Source: Thermoplasmata archaeon
GTDB taxonomy: Archaea; Thermoplasmatota; Thermoplasmata; Lutacidiplasmatales; UBA184
DNA: 64,000 nt
Reading direction: 5' to 3'
NCBI GenBank assembly: GCA_050749465.1
Contig: JBOGRO010000017.1
Location: forward strand, 1,191 to 65,190
Position numbers and translations under genes: made by a program. The number at the start of each line of letters is the position of its first letter. Position 1 is the stretch's first letter. The notes under the pieces were generated by a model that searched no databases, had not been told where the DNA came from, and was given only the letters and a program-made list of their open reading frames with translations. Below are positions 25,819 to 34,800 of the stretch, one piece after another.

Positions 25819-26324
25819 CCGTCCCGACGGGAGCCTCCCCGTCCGTCGCCGACCTCCATCGGGCGGCGCTCCGCGCGCGGCTCGGGTATCTCGGGGTGTC
25901 GATCGTCGGCCTCCTGGTCGCCGAGTTCCTGCTCGGGATGGCGCTCAACCTCTTCGTCACCTTGCCCACCGGGTCGGCACTCCACGTTCTCGAGTCGAGC
26001 CCGGTCTTGGGGGGGCACCTGCTGGTCGCGGCGCTCCTCCTCGGGATCACCGCGAACGCGACCCGGCTCGCACTCGGGCTGCGGGAGCGCAGGGCGGTCG
26101 GGGGAGCGGCCCTCGCCCTCGTCTCCGCCATCGGGGCGACCCTCGCCGGTCTCTCCTTCACTTTCGGCCCCGGAGGCGACGCAGCGTCCTACGCGATGTC
26201 GATCGGTTTTGCGGGCGTGCTCATCGGGGCCGGGCTCCTCCTCTCGCTCGGTCGTGTACCGGCCGACCAGGGCATGCCCCGCCCGTCGACCACGGCCGGC
26301 ACCCCGGGTGGAGGAGGGCCGTGA
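25815..26324 (+). CDS. Hypothetical 4-TM membrane protein
   Basis: 169 aa with four hydrophobic segments. Its ATG overlaps the SDR stop (ATGA). Confidence 0.6.
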   Translation: MTVPTGASPSVADLHRAALRARLGYLGVSIVGLLVAEFLLGMALNLFVTLPTGSALHVLESSPVLGGHLLVAALLLGITANATRLALGLRERRAVGGAALALVSAIGATLAGLSFTFGPGGDAASYAMSIGFAGVLIGAGLLLSLGRVPADQGMPRPSTTAGTPGGGGP

Positions 26325-26719
26325 GCGCCCCTCCACCGCGGCTCCCTTCGGCGGACCGCCGCGACTCGGCCGGACGGGGTTCGGGACGCGGGTTCGCGTG
26401 GATACCGTGGGCGGCCGCGCTCGCGGTCGTCGTGGGCGCGTTGGGGATCTGGGTCTTGCTTCCCCGCGCAGGGAGAGCGCCCGCCGGCCCCTTTCCGTTC
26501 CTCTGGCCGCTCTTCCCGCTGGGCTTACTCCTGGTCCTCGCCGTGGTTTTCACGGTCGGTCGCTGGGCGTGGTGGGGGCGCGGAGGGAACGGGGGGACCA
26601 GAGGGTGCTACGGGCCGGTCGCCCGGGAGGTTCTGCGGGAGCGGTACGCCCGCGGCGAGATCAGTCGCGACGACCTCCGCGAGATGTCCCGAGTTCTCGA
26701 CGAATCCGTGGACCGCTAG
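26321..26719 (+). CDS. SHOCT-domain membrane protein
   Basis: Two TM helices are followed by a C-terminal REVLRERYARGEISRDDLREM (SHOCT). The start is GTG in a GTGA overlap, with GGAGGAGGG upstream. Confidence 0.7.
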   Translation: MSAPPPRLPSADRRDSAGRGSGRGFAWIPWAAALAVVVGALGIWVLLPRAGRAPAGPFPFLWPLFPLGLLLVLAVVFTVGRWAWWGRGGNGGTRGCYGPVAREVLRERYARGEISRDDLREMSRVLDESVDR

Positions 26720-27014
26720 CCCGACCGCAGGGCCGTCGGGCCATCGGGGCCCCGCCGACCGGACCCCGCCGGGTCCGACCCGAGGGGCGCCGGCGCAGCG
26801 ACCCGGTCGCGGAGTGCTCAGCCCGGAACCCCGTTCGCGGATCCCCGTCACGACGCCGTCGACCCGGGCCCGTCGGGGTCGCACGAGGGGACCTCCGCGG
26901 CGCCTCGCCCACCGGCCACCACCGGTGCGTGGAAGGGGAGGGAATCGGGGAGCCTCCCCTTGCGCCCCTTAAAGAGGGGACGGTGGTCGGTGGCCCCCGT
27001 CGGGGGGCGCGCGG

Positions 27015-28001
27015 TTGGACCTCTTCACCCACGTGATCTTCGCCTACCTCCTCTCGTTCATCCTCTGGGGTCCCGCGGCGCCCCAGTACATCGCAGCGGG
27101 CGCTCTTGCCGGGGGACTGCCCGACGCCGACATCCTCCTCTTCCCCTTGACGCGCTGGTTCCCCTCGCTCCACCACCGGGGGTCGGTCCACACGATCGTC
27201 GGCGTGACGATCATCGCCGCGGTCGGGAGCGTCCTCGTCCCGTACCTCCCGTACTTCACTCCCGCGTCGACGCTGCTCTACTTTGTCGCGATGGAGATCG
27301 GCGGCCTCTCGCACCTCGTCCTTGACGGCTTCACGAACTACGCGGTCCGGCCGCTCGTGCCGTTCTCGGGCCGGACCATCCGTCTCGACGCCGACGTCGC
27401 CGTCAGCCTCGTGACGATGGTGCTGACGGCCGGGACCCTGGTCGTCCTTGTCCTCGAACACGGGACCGTGCCGTTCGGGGTTTGGGTGGAGACCGCGTGG
27501 ATTCTCGTGGGGGTCTACGCCGGCTACCTCGTTCTACGGGGCGTCGCCCGCTGGAGGGCCGGCCTCGCCCGTCAGCGCCTCGGTTACCCCGACGTACTGC
27601 CGAGCACGAGCCCTTGGAAGTGGCTCCTCCTGGACGAGAGCGACACCGCCGAGCGGTACCGGATCCGCTTCCACCACCTGACGCTCGGCACGGGTACGAC
27701 GGGAGGAGAGTCGAGCCTGGACATCGCGAAGCTCCCCCCGGCGCCGGGGCCGGTCGACTCGCCCCACGAGGCGCTGGAGCGGACGTACCTCGCCGCGATG
27801 GCGAAGAGCGAGTGGCTCGCCCGCAGCTACCACTTCGGCCAGGCGGTGGCGCGGGACAAGGGCTACGAAGTGTGGTGGTACATCGTCTCTCAGGCCGTCG
27901 GGCGGCGCGTCTACGGGGTCCACGCCCAGGTCGACCGGGAGACGGGTGCCGTCGACCTCCGCTCGGGATTTCTCGAGCTTCCCCGGACGGTCCCGCGCTA
28001 A
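27015..28001 (+). CDS. Membrane-bound metal-dependent hydrolase (YdjM/DUF457 family) with a C-terminal soluble extension
   Basis: The N-terminus reads MDLFTHVIFAYLL...LPDADILL...HRGSVHT...GGLSHLVLDGFTNY, which matches DUF457 His/Asp motifs. The start is TTG. Confidence 0.7.
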   Translation: MDLFTHVIFAYLLSFILWGPAAPQYIAAGALAGGLPDADILLFPLTRWFPSLHHRGSVHTIVGVTIIAAVGSVLVPYLPYFTPASTLLYFVAMEIGGLSHLVLDGFTNYAVRPLVPFSGRTIRLDADVAVSLVTMVLTAGTLVVLVLEHGTVPFGVWVETAWILVGVYAGYLVLRGVARWRAGLARQRLGYPDVLPSTSPWKWLLLDESDTAERYRIRFHHLTLGTGTTGGESSLDIAKLPPAPGPVDSPHEALERTYLAAMAKSEWLARSYHFGQAVARDKGYEVWWYIVSQAVGRRVYGVHAQVDRETGAVDLRSGFLELPRTVPR

Positions 28002-28004
28002 CCG

Positions 28005-28039
28005 GGATTTCCGCGTAGGAACGGTTGCTGAGGAAATCC
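28005..28039. repeat. Inverted repeat GGATTTCC-N19-GGAAATCC immediately after the DUF457 stop
   Basis: Perfect 8-bp arms at 28005-28012 and 28032-28039. Function unknown; it may be a transcript 3' hairpin. Confidence 0.4.
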
Positions 28040-28223
28040 TACCCTTTGTGGGGTCTCCCCTCTCGTAAAAACCGCCCTCCGGACCCCTCCGGACTCAGCC
28101 GCCCAGAATGATAATCGCCCGGGCCACCCGCCCCACGGGCGGCTCCCGCCGCCTCCCCTTCCACCAGTCCTCCTCGATGGGGATCCCGACGCGGGGCCCA
28201 CCCCATCTTTCCCATCCCATCGA

Positions 28224-28241
28224 CCTGCTCTGTTGAATGAA
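28224..28241. repeat. Putative left terminal inverted repeat of the IS
   Basis: Matches the reverse complement of 29330-29347 at 15 of 18 positions. Confidence 0.5.
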
Positions 28242-28288
28242 TAGGTAGTGCCTGACTCCCGCCTACTCTTCCTTGCTTTCGGTGTGTC

Positions 28289-29263
28289 CTACATCGTGGG
28301 AGTTCCAAGGCCCTCGATCCGATTCTCTCCGTACTCGCGAAGCTCATCGTATGCCCAGATCCGCTGATACCCCTCGGCCACCAGACCCCCGGGCGATCGC
28401 GAGACCACATTCTCCCCGAACTTCCGCTTCATCGCCGAGAAGATCCCTTCTGTCCCGGGCCACCGCATACCCTACTGGTTCTGAGCCGCCCACGCCTCGT
28501 AGCCCAGCGCCTGATACGCCCGCACCGCCCTCCGCCGGTACTTGTTCGAATGCCGAGGGCTATGCCGGTGGCTCGCGCTCGCTCCCTTCCGAATCTGGAT
28601 CACGGGCTCTGTGCCCGTGCTGTGGAGGGCCCCGAACATGTCGTGGGTATCGTACGCCCCATCCCCGTAGAACTTCCGGACCCGGTACCCTCCCTGGGCG
28701 GCCGCCTGAACATGGACGGCTGCCGTCTGGGACTCCGAGTGCCCCTTCCCCTCGATGTAGACCTCGATCCCGATCACCTTCTTCCGTTTCACCTCGGCCG
28801 TGATCACCACGACGAGGTGCTTGCGTTGCTTCGCGTCGGGGTCCTCGTATCGAAAGATCCGGTACTCCCCGGCGTTGGAGGTCTTCCGGCCGGTGCCGTC
28901 CGAGGCCAGCTCGAGGTCCAAGTACTTGGGCATCTTCAGGGCCGGGGTCAGACCGTGGAGGCGGTGCCAGAGGGTCGTGTAGTCGGGGTAGGTGGGGATC
29001 CGGCCGAGCTGGGCCATCCGACGCGTGATCCCCTCCAAACCCCGGTAGTCGATGAGCTGCTTCCAGATGACGAGCCACCGGACGAACGACTCCGGGATGC
29101 GGTACTGCCCACCCCGCTTGCCCCGGTTCATGGTGGCGAGTTCCGGGTCCCAGGTCCGCAAGGGACCGAGGTCGAGGTAGAACTCGCCTCGGACAACGAG
29201 GGAGTCATTGTAGGTGGGCCAGTCTCGGTGGTCTCGGTAGGGTTTCCCCCAGCGGGCGGACAT
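28289..29263 (-). pseudogene. IS5-family DDE transposase interrupted by an in-frame TAG
   Basis: ORF 28472..29263 reads WPTYNDSLVVRGEFYLDL...GKRGGQYRIPESF...YRGLEG...YGDGAYD. Hand translation past the TAG (28472-28474), in the same frame, gives GMRWPGTEGIFSAMKRKFGENVVSRSP...YDELREYG, ending at TAG 28289-28291. Confidence 0.75.
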
Positions 29264-29329
29264 CCCGGAGTCCTCCCGTCCTTCGGGTAGTGGCTCCTAC
29301 CGACGGAGTGGAACCCTCCCCTCACCCGG

Positions 29330-29347
29330 TTCGTTCAACGCAGCAGG
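29330..29347. repeat. Putative right terminal inverted repeat of the IS
   Basis: Matches the reverse complement of 28224-28241 at 15 of 18 positions. Confidence 0.5.
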
Positions 29348-29447
29348 GCCCTGTGCCCCCGAAACGGGCCCGCCTCGGAGGGGCCGGGAGGGCCGCCCTC
29401 ACACCTTAAAGTCGGACGTCCCGTCCGGTTGACCCGCGGGGTCGGAC

Positions 29448-29684
29448 GTGGAGACGCTCTACCTGCTCGTCGAGATCGAGGCCGGCCGCGTGGAGGAGGT
29501 CCTCCGGCGGATGAGGGCCGTCCCGGGGGTCTCCGAGGTCCAGGCGGTCACCGGCCCGTTCGACCTCATCGTCAAGGTCGAGGCGCCGCACATCAACGAA
29601 GCGCTCGACACCGTCGTCCACAAGATCCGGCGTATCCCCGGACTCAAGTCGACCGAGACGCTCGTCACGGTCGGCGGGGGCTGA
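29448..29684 (+). CDS. Stand-alone Lrp/AsnC ligand-binding (RAM) domain protein
   Basis: 78 aa: METLYLLVEIEAGRVEEVLRRMRAVPGVSEVQAVTGPFDLIVKVEA... This is an AsnC_trans_reg fold without an HTH. Confidence 0.75.
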   Translation: METLYLLVEIEAGRVEEVLRRMRAVPGVSEVQAVTGPFDLIVKVEAPHINEALDTVVHKIRRIPGLKSTETLVTVGGG

Positions 29685-29706
29685 GTCACCGCCCCCCTCT
29701 TCGACC

Positions 29707-29714
29707 ATAAATAC
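29707..29714 (+). promoter_or_regulatory. TATA box (ATAAATAC) 22-29 nt upstream of the bcp ATG (leaderless)
   Basis: An AT-rich octamer in the short spacer before 29736. Confidence 0.5.
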
Positions 29715-29735
29715 TGGGCGACCGCTGGGCCTCCG

Positions 29736-30179
29736 ATGGTCGCGATCGGTGAGAACGCCCCGGACTTCGAAGCCCTCAACTACGACGGTACCCCGTTTCG
29801 GCTCTCCTCCACCCGGGGTTCCCCCGTGGTCCTCTACTTTTACCCGAAGGCCGACACCCCGGGCTGCACGATCGAGGCGAAAGGGTTCCGCGACGTCTAT
29901 GCCGAGTACGCCGCGAAGCAGGTACGGGTCGTCGGGGTGAGCGTCGACGACTGCCCGGCCCAGAAGGCGTTCCGGGAGAAGTACGGCCTCCCCTTCCCGC
30001 TCGTCGCCGACTCCACCAAGAAGGTCAGCACGCTCTACGGCGTACTGAGCCCGCAGCACGGGGTCGCCCGCCGCGTGACGTTCCTGATCGACGCGAAGGG
30101 GAAGGTCGTCGACGTGGTCGACGCGTCGTCGCCGGACAAGCACCTCGCGCGGGCCCGCGAACTCTTCCTTGCGAAGTAA
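29736..30179 (+). CDS. bcp: Thiol peroxidase / peroxiredoxin Bcp (PrxQ type)
   Basis: The peroxidatic motif is YFYPKADTPGCTIEA. The AhpC/TSA fold is visible: VVGVSVDD...KYGLPFPLVAD. Confidence 0.9.
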   Translation: MVAIGENAPDFEALNYDGTPFRLSSTRGSPVVLYFYPKADTPGCTIEAKGFRDVYAEYAAKQVRVVGVSVDDCPAQKAFREKYGLPFPLVADSTKKVSTLYGVLSPQHGVARRVTFLIDAKGKVVDVVDASSPDKHLARARELFLAK

Positions 30180-30207
30180 CGTCTCGGGCGTCCCCGTCCG
30201 GCGCCCC

Positions 30208-33200
30208 TCATGCGTCGACCGAAGTCGGGACCGCCGCCGTGTCGGGGGACCCCGATGCCGGCGCGAGGGTTGCCGACGGGGCAGCGGGAGTCGGCCGAGG
30301 TTTCCGGCCACTGAGGCTCCAGACGCGGTCCCCGAGCAGCTGCAGCGACGCGGGCACGAGGTACGTCCGCACGACCATCGCGTCGAGGAGCACCGCGACG
30401 GCGACGGAGAAGCCGATCGCCCGGATGAGCGTGAACTCCCCGACGAGGAGGGCGCCGAACGCGCTCGCGAGGATCACCGCCGCGGCCGTGATGATCCCGC
30501 CGGTCCGGGCGACCGCCTCGACGGCCGCCTCGCCCGACGAGCGACCCCGCACGCGCTCTTCCCGGACCCGGGTCAAGAGGAAGATGTTGTAGTCGATCCC
30601 AAGGCCCAGGACGAGGATGAACAGGATCGTCCGGACGTAGAAGAAAAGCGGGAAACCGAGCAGCTCCTGGAAGACGAGGTAGGTGACCGCCCACGCCCAC
30701 CCGATCGAGATCCCGATCGTCCCGATCGCCAGCAGTGCGATGATCCACGAGCGCAGGACGACCAAGAGGACCAGGGCGAGGCCGATCGCGACCGCGAGGA
30801 CAAGGTACTCGGTCGCGGTCGCCGTCTCGTTCGCGAGGTCGTTGATCGTCGGGGCGCCGCCGCCGAAGGCGAGCTGGGTGACCTCGGCGTGGCCGGCGGC
30901 GTACCCCGAGAAGGAATGCTCGACCGACTGGAGCGCGTTGACCGCCCCGACCGAAAGACCGCTCGCGGACGGCTGGAGCGACAGAAGGACGGTCCGGCCG
31001 TCCGTCCCGACATACGCGGAAAGGGTTCCGAGCAGGTTGGCCTGCGTCGCGGACGGCAGCGTCGCGAGGCTGAGCCACTGGGAGAGGGACGCCCCGCCCG
31101 GCCCGACGGGTGACGAGACCGCCTGGATCCCGGGCGTCGCGTTCGCGAGCGTCGTTAACGCGGCGAGGTCCGTGAACTCGGTCGAGTTCGTCACGGTGCC
31201 GACGACGAGCGGGGACGCGAACGTGACGAGCGCGAACGACGGCACGGCGAAGCCGGGACCGAAGTGCGCTCCGAGCTCGTTCAGCGCGTCGGTCGCGGGG
31301 TGTCCGCTCGGCAGTTGGGCGTAGAAGTCGTAGGAAAGGGGGACCTGGACGGCGAGGAGGAGCAGCGGTACCGAGATGAGCAGGATCACCCCGACCGTGA
31401 TGCCGGGCCGACGTTGCGTCGCCCGCCCGACCCGGTAGAAGTACGTCCGTTCGGTGCGGTTCCGCTCGCGGACGGTCTCGGCACGACGTCGGAACCGTTC
31501 GCCGGTCGTCGGCCAGAAGATCCGCGGGCCGATGAGCGCGAGGCAGGCCGGGACCATCGTGAGCGAGACGAGGACGGTGATCAGGATCGCGAGCGAGAGG
31601 ACCGCCCCCCACTGCGCGAGGAGCGCGACCCCGCTGAACGTCAGCGCGAGCGTCGCGATGATCGCGGTCGAGCCGCTGGTCGCGACCGACTGGCCCGCCC
31701 AGGACAGGGAGGCGACGATGGCGTCGTGCGAGCTCTTCCCGCCGACGAGCTCTTCGCGGTAGCGGGCGACCATGAAGATCGAGTAGTCGGTCCCGACGCC
31801 GAGGACGAACACCTCCTCGAGCGTCAGCGCGGTCGAGTCGACGTGCTCGATCAGCTCCCCGATCAGGACGGTCCCGCCGATGCCGAGACCGAGCGCGATC
31901 CCGAGGATCCCGAAGGTCACGAGCGGCGTCATCGGGGATCGGAAGTAGATCATCGAGATCACGATCAGCAGCCCGACCGTCAGCGGAAGGACGAGGGCGA
32001 TGGACGAGCTCACCGCGGTCTGGGTCAGGAGGTCGAGCGGCGCGGCGCCGGTCTGGACGTAGGAGATCGTGTGGGTCTGGTCGAGTCCGTCGACGAGGGG
32101 CGGAACGAGCGCGTCGATCCGACCGAGGTCCGCGTAGACGGGGTCCGCGCCGCTGGCGTTCGTCGAGCCGTCCGGGACCGTGAACTCGACCTGGACGATC
32201 TGGGCGGTGCCCGAGGCGTCGACGTACTGGGTGTAGACCGCCGGTGGCACGGGCAGCGGTTCGTCGGCCAAGGTCGAAGCCGCGACGAGCCCGTTGGCCC
32301 AGGCGGTCAGCGCGGCGGGGGTCGCGGTCCCCGACGGGAACGCCTGCCCGACGCGCAAGACCCACGCGCCGGGCAAGCCGGACTCGGTGCCGAGCGCGAT
32401 CGCGGTCGTGGCCTGCACGCTCGGCCAGGCGGTCGCGTTCTCGACCCCGAGGGTTGCCAGGACCGCGCGGGGGACGACGCGATCGGCGGTGATGGGGAAG
32501 AGGAGGGGGACGAGACCCGACTCGGTCGCGCGTGCCGTCCCGTCGGAGCACGGGACGACGCTCGCGGGGTCGGTCCAGCACCCGGCGGAGCGGTTGAATC
32601 CGGGCGCCGAGGCGTTGCCGTTGTAGAACGCGCCGAGGACGGTCGCCGCGGGCGTCCCGTTACCGACCTCGGAGAGCGCCCGTTCGTAGGCCGGGAAGTT
32701 CGCCGTCGCGGCCGAGGTTCCGTTCGCGACGAGCGCGTTCCAGGCGCCGAGGAACGCGGTCGGCGGCCCCCAGAGGAGCGCCGACGAGTCGTTGACGGCG
32801 ACCGGCGCCGAGGGGGTGCTGGCGAGTCCCGCCGCGACGACCCCGGCCGCCAGTTGCGCCTGCCCCGCGAGGTAGCCCGCGTACGCGGAGTAGACCGTCC
32901 CGACCGCCCCCAGGTTCGCGAGCGCTCGATCGGTCTCGAGCGCGGTGGATACGGCGAGGACGACCCCCTGCGCGTTCGCGTCGGTCATGTTCGGACCGAC
33001 CAAGAGGATCGTGCTCGCCGACCCGCCGGTCGTATTCGGGAAGAGCCGGGCGAGCTCTGCGCTCGCGAGGGCGCTCGGCGAATTCGCGGGAGTCGAGTCC
33101 TCCGAGTTCGTCGTCACCGAGCCGAGCAGCGAGAGGAACGGCGCCGAGATGAGCAGCAGGACGACCCAGAAGACGATCGGGTACCACGGATGGCGGACGA

Positions 33201-33291
33201 TCCAGCGCGCCATCCGCCCGAGGATCGGGGTCCGTGGGGGGTCCGTCGGCGGGGCCGAGACCATCGTCGGGCTCGACCGGCCCCCTCCCAT
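30208..33291 (-). CDS. MMPL-family (RND superfamily) membrane transporter with large extracytoplasmic domains
   Basis: Two 6-TM MMPL bundles are present (...GVGTDYSIFMVARYREE... and ...GLGIDYNIFLLTRVREE...), each preceded by a large loop. GC3 is high from ATG 33291. An alternative start lies at 33213. Confidence 0.85.
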   Translation of the reverse strand: MGGGRSSPTMVSAPPTDPPRTPILGRMARWIVRHPWYPIVFWVVLLLISAPFLSLLGSVTTNSEDSTPANSPSALASAELARLFPNTTGGSASTILLVGPNMTDANAQGVVLAVSTALETDRALANLGAVGTVYSAYAGYLAGQAQLAAGVVAAGLASTPSAPVAVNDSSALLWGPPTAFLGAWNALVANGTSAATANFPAYERALSEVGNGTPAATVLGAFYNGNASAPGFNRSAGCWTDPASVVPCSDGTARATESGLVPLLFPITADRVVPRAVLATLGVENATAWPSVQATTAIALGTESGLPGAWVLRVGQAFPSGTATPAALTAWANGLVAASTLADEPLPVPPAVYTQYVDASGTAQIVQVEFTVPDGSTNASGADPVYADLGRIDALVPPLVDGLDQTHTISYVQTGAAPLDLLTQTAVSSSIALVLPLTVGLLIVISMIYFRSPMTPLVTFGILGIALGLGIGGTVLIGELIEHVDSTALTLEEVFVLGVGTDYSIFMVARYREELVGGKSSHDAIVASLSWAGQSVATSGSTAIIATLALTFSGVALLAQWGAVLSLAILITVLVSLTMVPACLALIGPRIFWPTTGERFRRRAETVRERNRTERTYFYRVGRATQRRPGITVGVILLISVPLLLLAVQVPLSYDFYAQLPSGHPATDALNELGAHFGPGFAVPSFALVTFASPLVVGTVTNSTEFTDLAALTTLANATPGIQAVSSPVGPGGASLSQWLSLATLPSATQANLLGTLSAYVGTDGRTVLLSLQPSASGLSVGAVNALQSVEHSFSGYAAGHAEVTQLAFGGGAPTINDLANETATATEYLVLAVAIGLALVLLVVLRSWIIALLAIGTIGISIGWAWAVTYLVFQELLGFPLFFYVRTILFILVLGLGIDYNIFLLTRVREERVRGRSSGEAAVEAVARTGGIITAAAVILASAFGALLVGEFTLIRAIGFSVAVAVLLDAMVVRTYLVPASLQLLGDRVWSLSGRKPRPTPAAPSATLAPASGSPDTAAVPTSVDA

Positions 33292-33295
33292 AACC

Positions 33296-34255
33296 CTAGC
33301 GGGCGGCCGGAACGTCGGCGGCCCGTGTCGGCGCCGGCCGGCGCGTCTTCCAGAGCGCGGGGAACCGCGCGGGGTCGACGAAAACCCGGGTCTCTTCCAC
33401 GACCCATCCCCGGCCGCTGCCGCCCAGTTCGTCCGAGCCGTGGCGGGCGACCCCGGTCGCGATCAACTCCCCGGTGCGGGTGACGAGAGCGACGCGGGCG
33501 CCCGTGGCGAACCGCGCCGGCACCGCGAGGATCCCGCCCCGGGCGAGGCCGGCCCCGTGGGCGACCGCGCTCGCCGCGGCGTCCTTGATCACGAGCGAGG
33601 GGAACTCGCGCCATACCTCCTCGATCGGGTGAAGGAGCGCGAGGAGCGGCGCGGGGTCCCCGGCGCCACGCGCCGCGACCGCGTCGGCGAGCGCGGTCAG
33701 CGGGACGACGCGCGTTTCGTCGAACGGGCCGTTCGCGACGCGCCGCAGCTCCTCGAGGTGGCCGCCGACGCCCAGCGCTTCCCCCAGGTCGACCGCGAGC
33801 GTGCGGACGTAGGTCCCCGACTCGGCGACGACGTCGAGGAGGAGCCGGGTCCCCTCGGACTCGAGGAGCTCGAGCCGGTGGATCGTGCGGACGCGCCGCT
33901 CTCGCTTCACCGCGGAGCGGACGGGCGGAGTCTGATAGATCGGGCCGGTGAACTCGCCGAGCCCGCGCGCGAGGTCCCTCGGCGCGACCGTCCCGTGGAG
34001 CGCGACAACGCCGATGTATCGCTTCGGGAAGTCGAGGACGAGCGGCAGAAGCTTGAGCGCGGGGCCGACGCCGACCCAGAGGAGTCCCGAGACGTTCGGG
34101 TCGAGCGTGCCGGCGTGCCCGGCGCGCTCCACGCCGAGGAGGTCGCGCGCCCACGCGGTGACCTGGTGCGACGACGGTCCGCGCGGCTTATCGAGGAGGA
34201 GGAAGGCGCCGGCCGCGAGTCGCTCCGCGACCGGGTCCACGGCGGCGTCGCTCAT
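33296..34255 (-). CDS. cbf5: tRNA/rRNA pseudouridine synthase Cbf5 (TruB family) with PUA domain
   Basis: The sequence LLLDKPRGPSSHQV...HAGTLDPNVSGLL carries the catalytic Asp. The C-terminal PUA domain is present. Its ATG overlaps the cmk stop. Confidence 0.92.
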   Translation of the reverse strand: MSDAAVDPVAERLAAGAFLLLDKPRGPSSHQVTAWARDLLGVERAGHAGTLDPNVSGLLWVGVGPALKLLPLVLDFPKRYIGVVALHGTVAPRDLARGLGEFTGPIYQTPPVRSAVKRERRVRTIHRLELLESEGTRLLLDVVAESGTYVRTLAVDLGEALGVGGHLEELRRVANGPFDETRVVPLTALADAVAARGAGDPAPLLALLHPIEEVWREFPSLVIKDAAASAVAHGAGLARGGILAVPARFATGARVALVTRTGELIATGVARHGSDELGGSGRGWVVEETRVFVDPARFPALWKTRRPAPTRAADVPAAR

Positions 34256-34800
34256 CCCGGACGTCCTCGTGCCGGCCCCGCGAGGAACGCGACGATCGTG
34301 TCCGCGACCCCCGCGGCCTCCGTGTGCGTCGAGTCGACCGTTAGGTCGACCGGCTCCCGGTCGAGGTCGATCCCGTAGAACTCGCGGTAGCGGGCCCGCT
34401 CGCTCGCTTCGCGGACCCGGACGCGCTCGGTCGCCTCGGTCACGGATTGCCGGTCGCGCGCGGCGACGCGGCGCGCCCGTTCCGCCTCGTCGGCGGTGAC
34501 GACGATCGAGCGGACCGGGGTGCCGTTCCGCCGGCAGAGCACGCCCTGGATCCGGCCGTCGAGCAGACGGCCGGGACGCGCCTCGGCCTGCATCGCCCGG
34601 TCGAGCTCCCGGTCGACCTCGGGGTGGGCCTCGGCGTACCGGCCGAACGCCTCGACGTCGAGGCCCCGCCGGGCCGCCGCGGCCCGGAACGCCTCGCCGG
34701 CGGAACGGTACTCGAGGTGGAGGTGCGCGGCGACGAGCCGGCCGGCCGTGGATTTTCCGCTGCCGGGGGGTCCCCCGATCGCGACGACCCAGTCAATCAC
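34252..34800 (-). CDS. cmk: Cytidylate kinase (archaeal type)
   Basis: The GTG at 34800 is in a GTGA overlap with the upstream gene. The P-loop reads VVAIGGPPGSGKST. The position after the DUF106 gene is conserved. Confidence 0.85.
   Translation of the reverse strand: MIDWVVAIGGPPGSGKSTAGRLVAAHLHLEYRSAGEAFRAAAARRGLDVEAFGRYAEAHPEVDRELDRAMQAEARPGRLLDGRIQGVLCRRNGTPVRSIVVTADEAERARRVAARDRQSVTEATERVRVREASERARYREFYGIDLDREPVDLTVDSTHTEAAGVADTIVAFLAGPARGRPG

Larger units (their letters stand above)
28224..29347 (-). mobile_element. IS5-family-like insertion sequence (about 1.1 kb) with an inactivated transposase
   Basis: A single DDE transposase gene is flanked by imperfect terminal inverted repeats: CCTGCTCTGTTGAATGAA at 28224-28241, and the reverse complement of 29330-29347, CCTGCTGCGTTGAACGAA. 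These match at 15 of 18 positions. I saw no clear target-site duplication. Confidence 0.6.

Noticed and set aside
28040-28223. The 180-bp stretch left of the IS (containing a tandem CCTCCGGAC-like repeat) as a second IS remnant or a MITE.
   Set aside because: I found no convincing match to the IS terminal repeats and no coding remnant. The short repeat is low-complexity GC-rich sequence.
28472-28474. The in-frame TAG in the transposase as pyrrolysine.
   Set aside because: TAG is used as an ordinary stop here (coxD at 6016-6018, the nitrilase-family gene, cbf5, uS5, uL14). The window shows no pyl genes or methylamine methyltransferases. The codon sits at a conserved Tyr, one substitution away from TAC or TAT.
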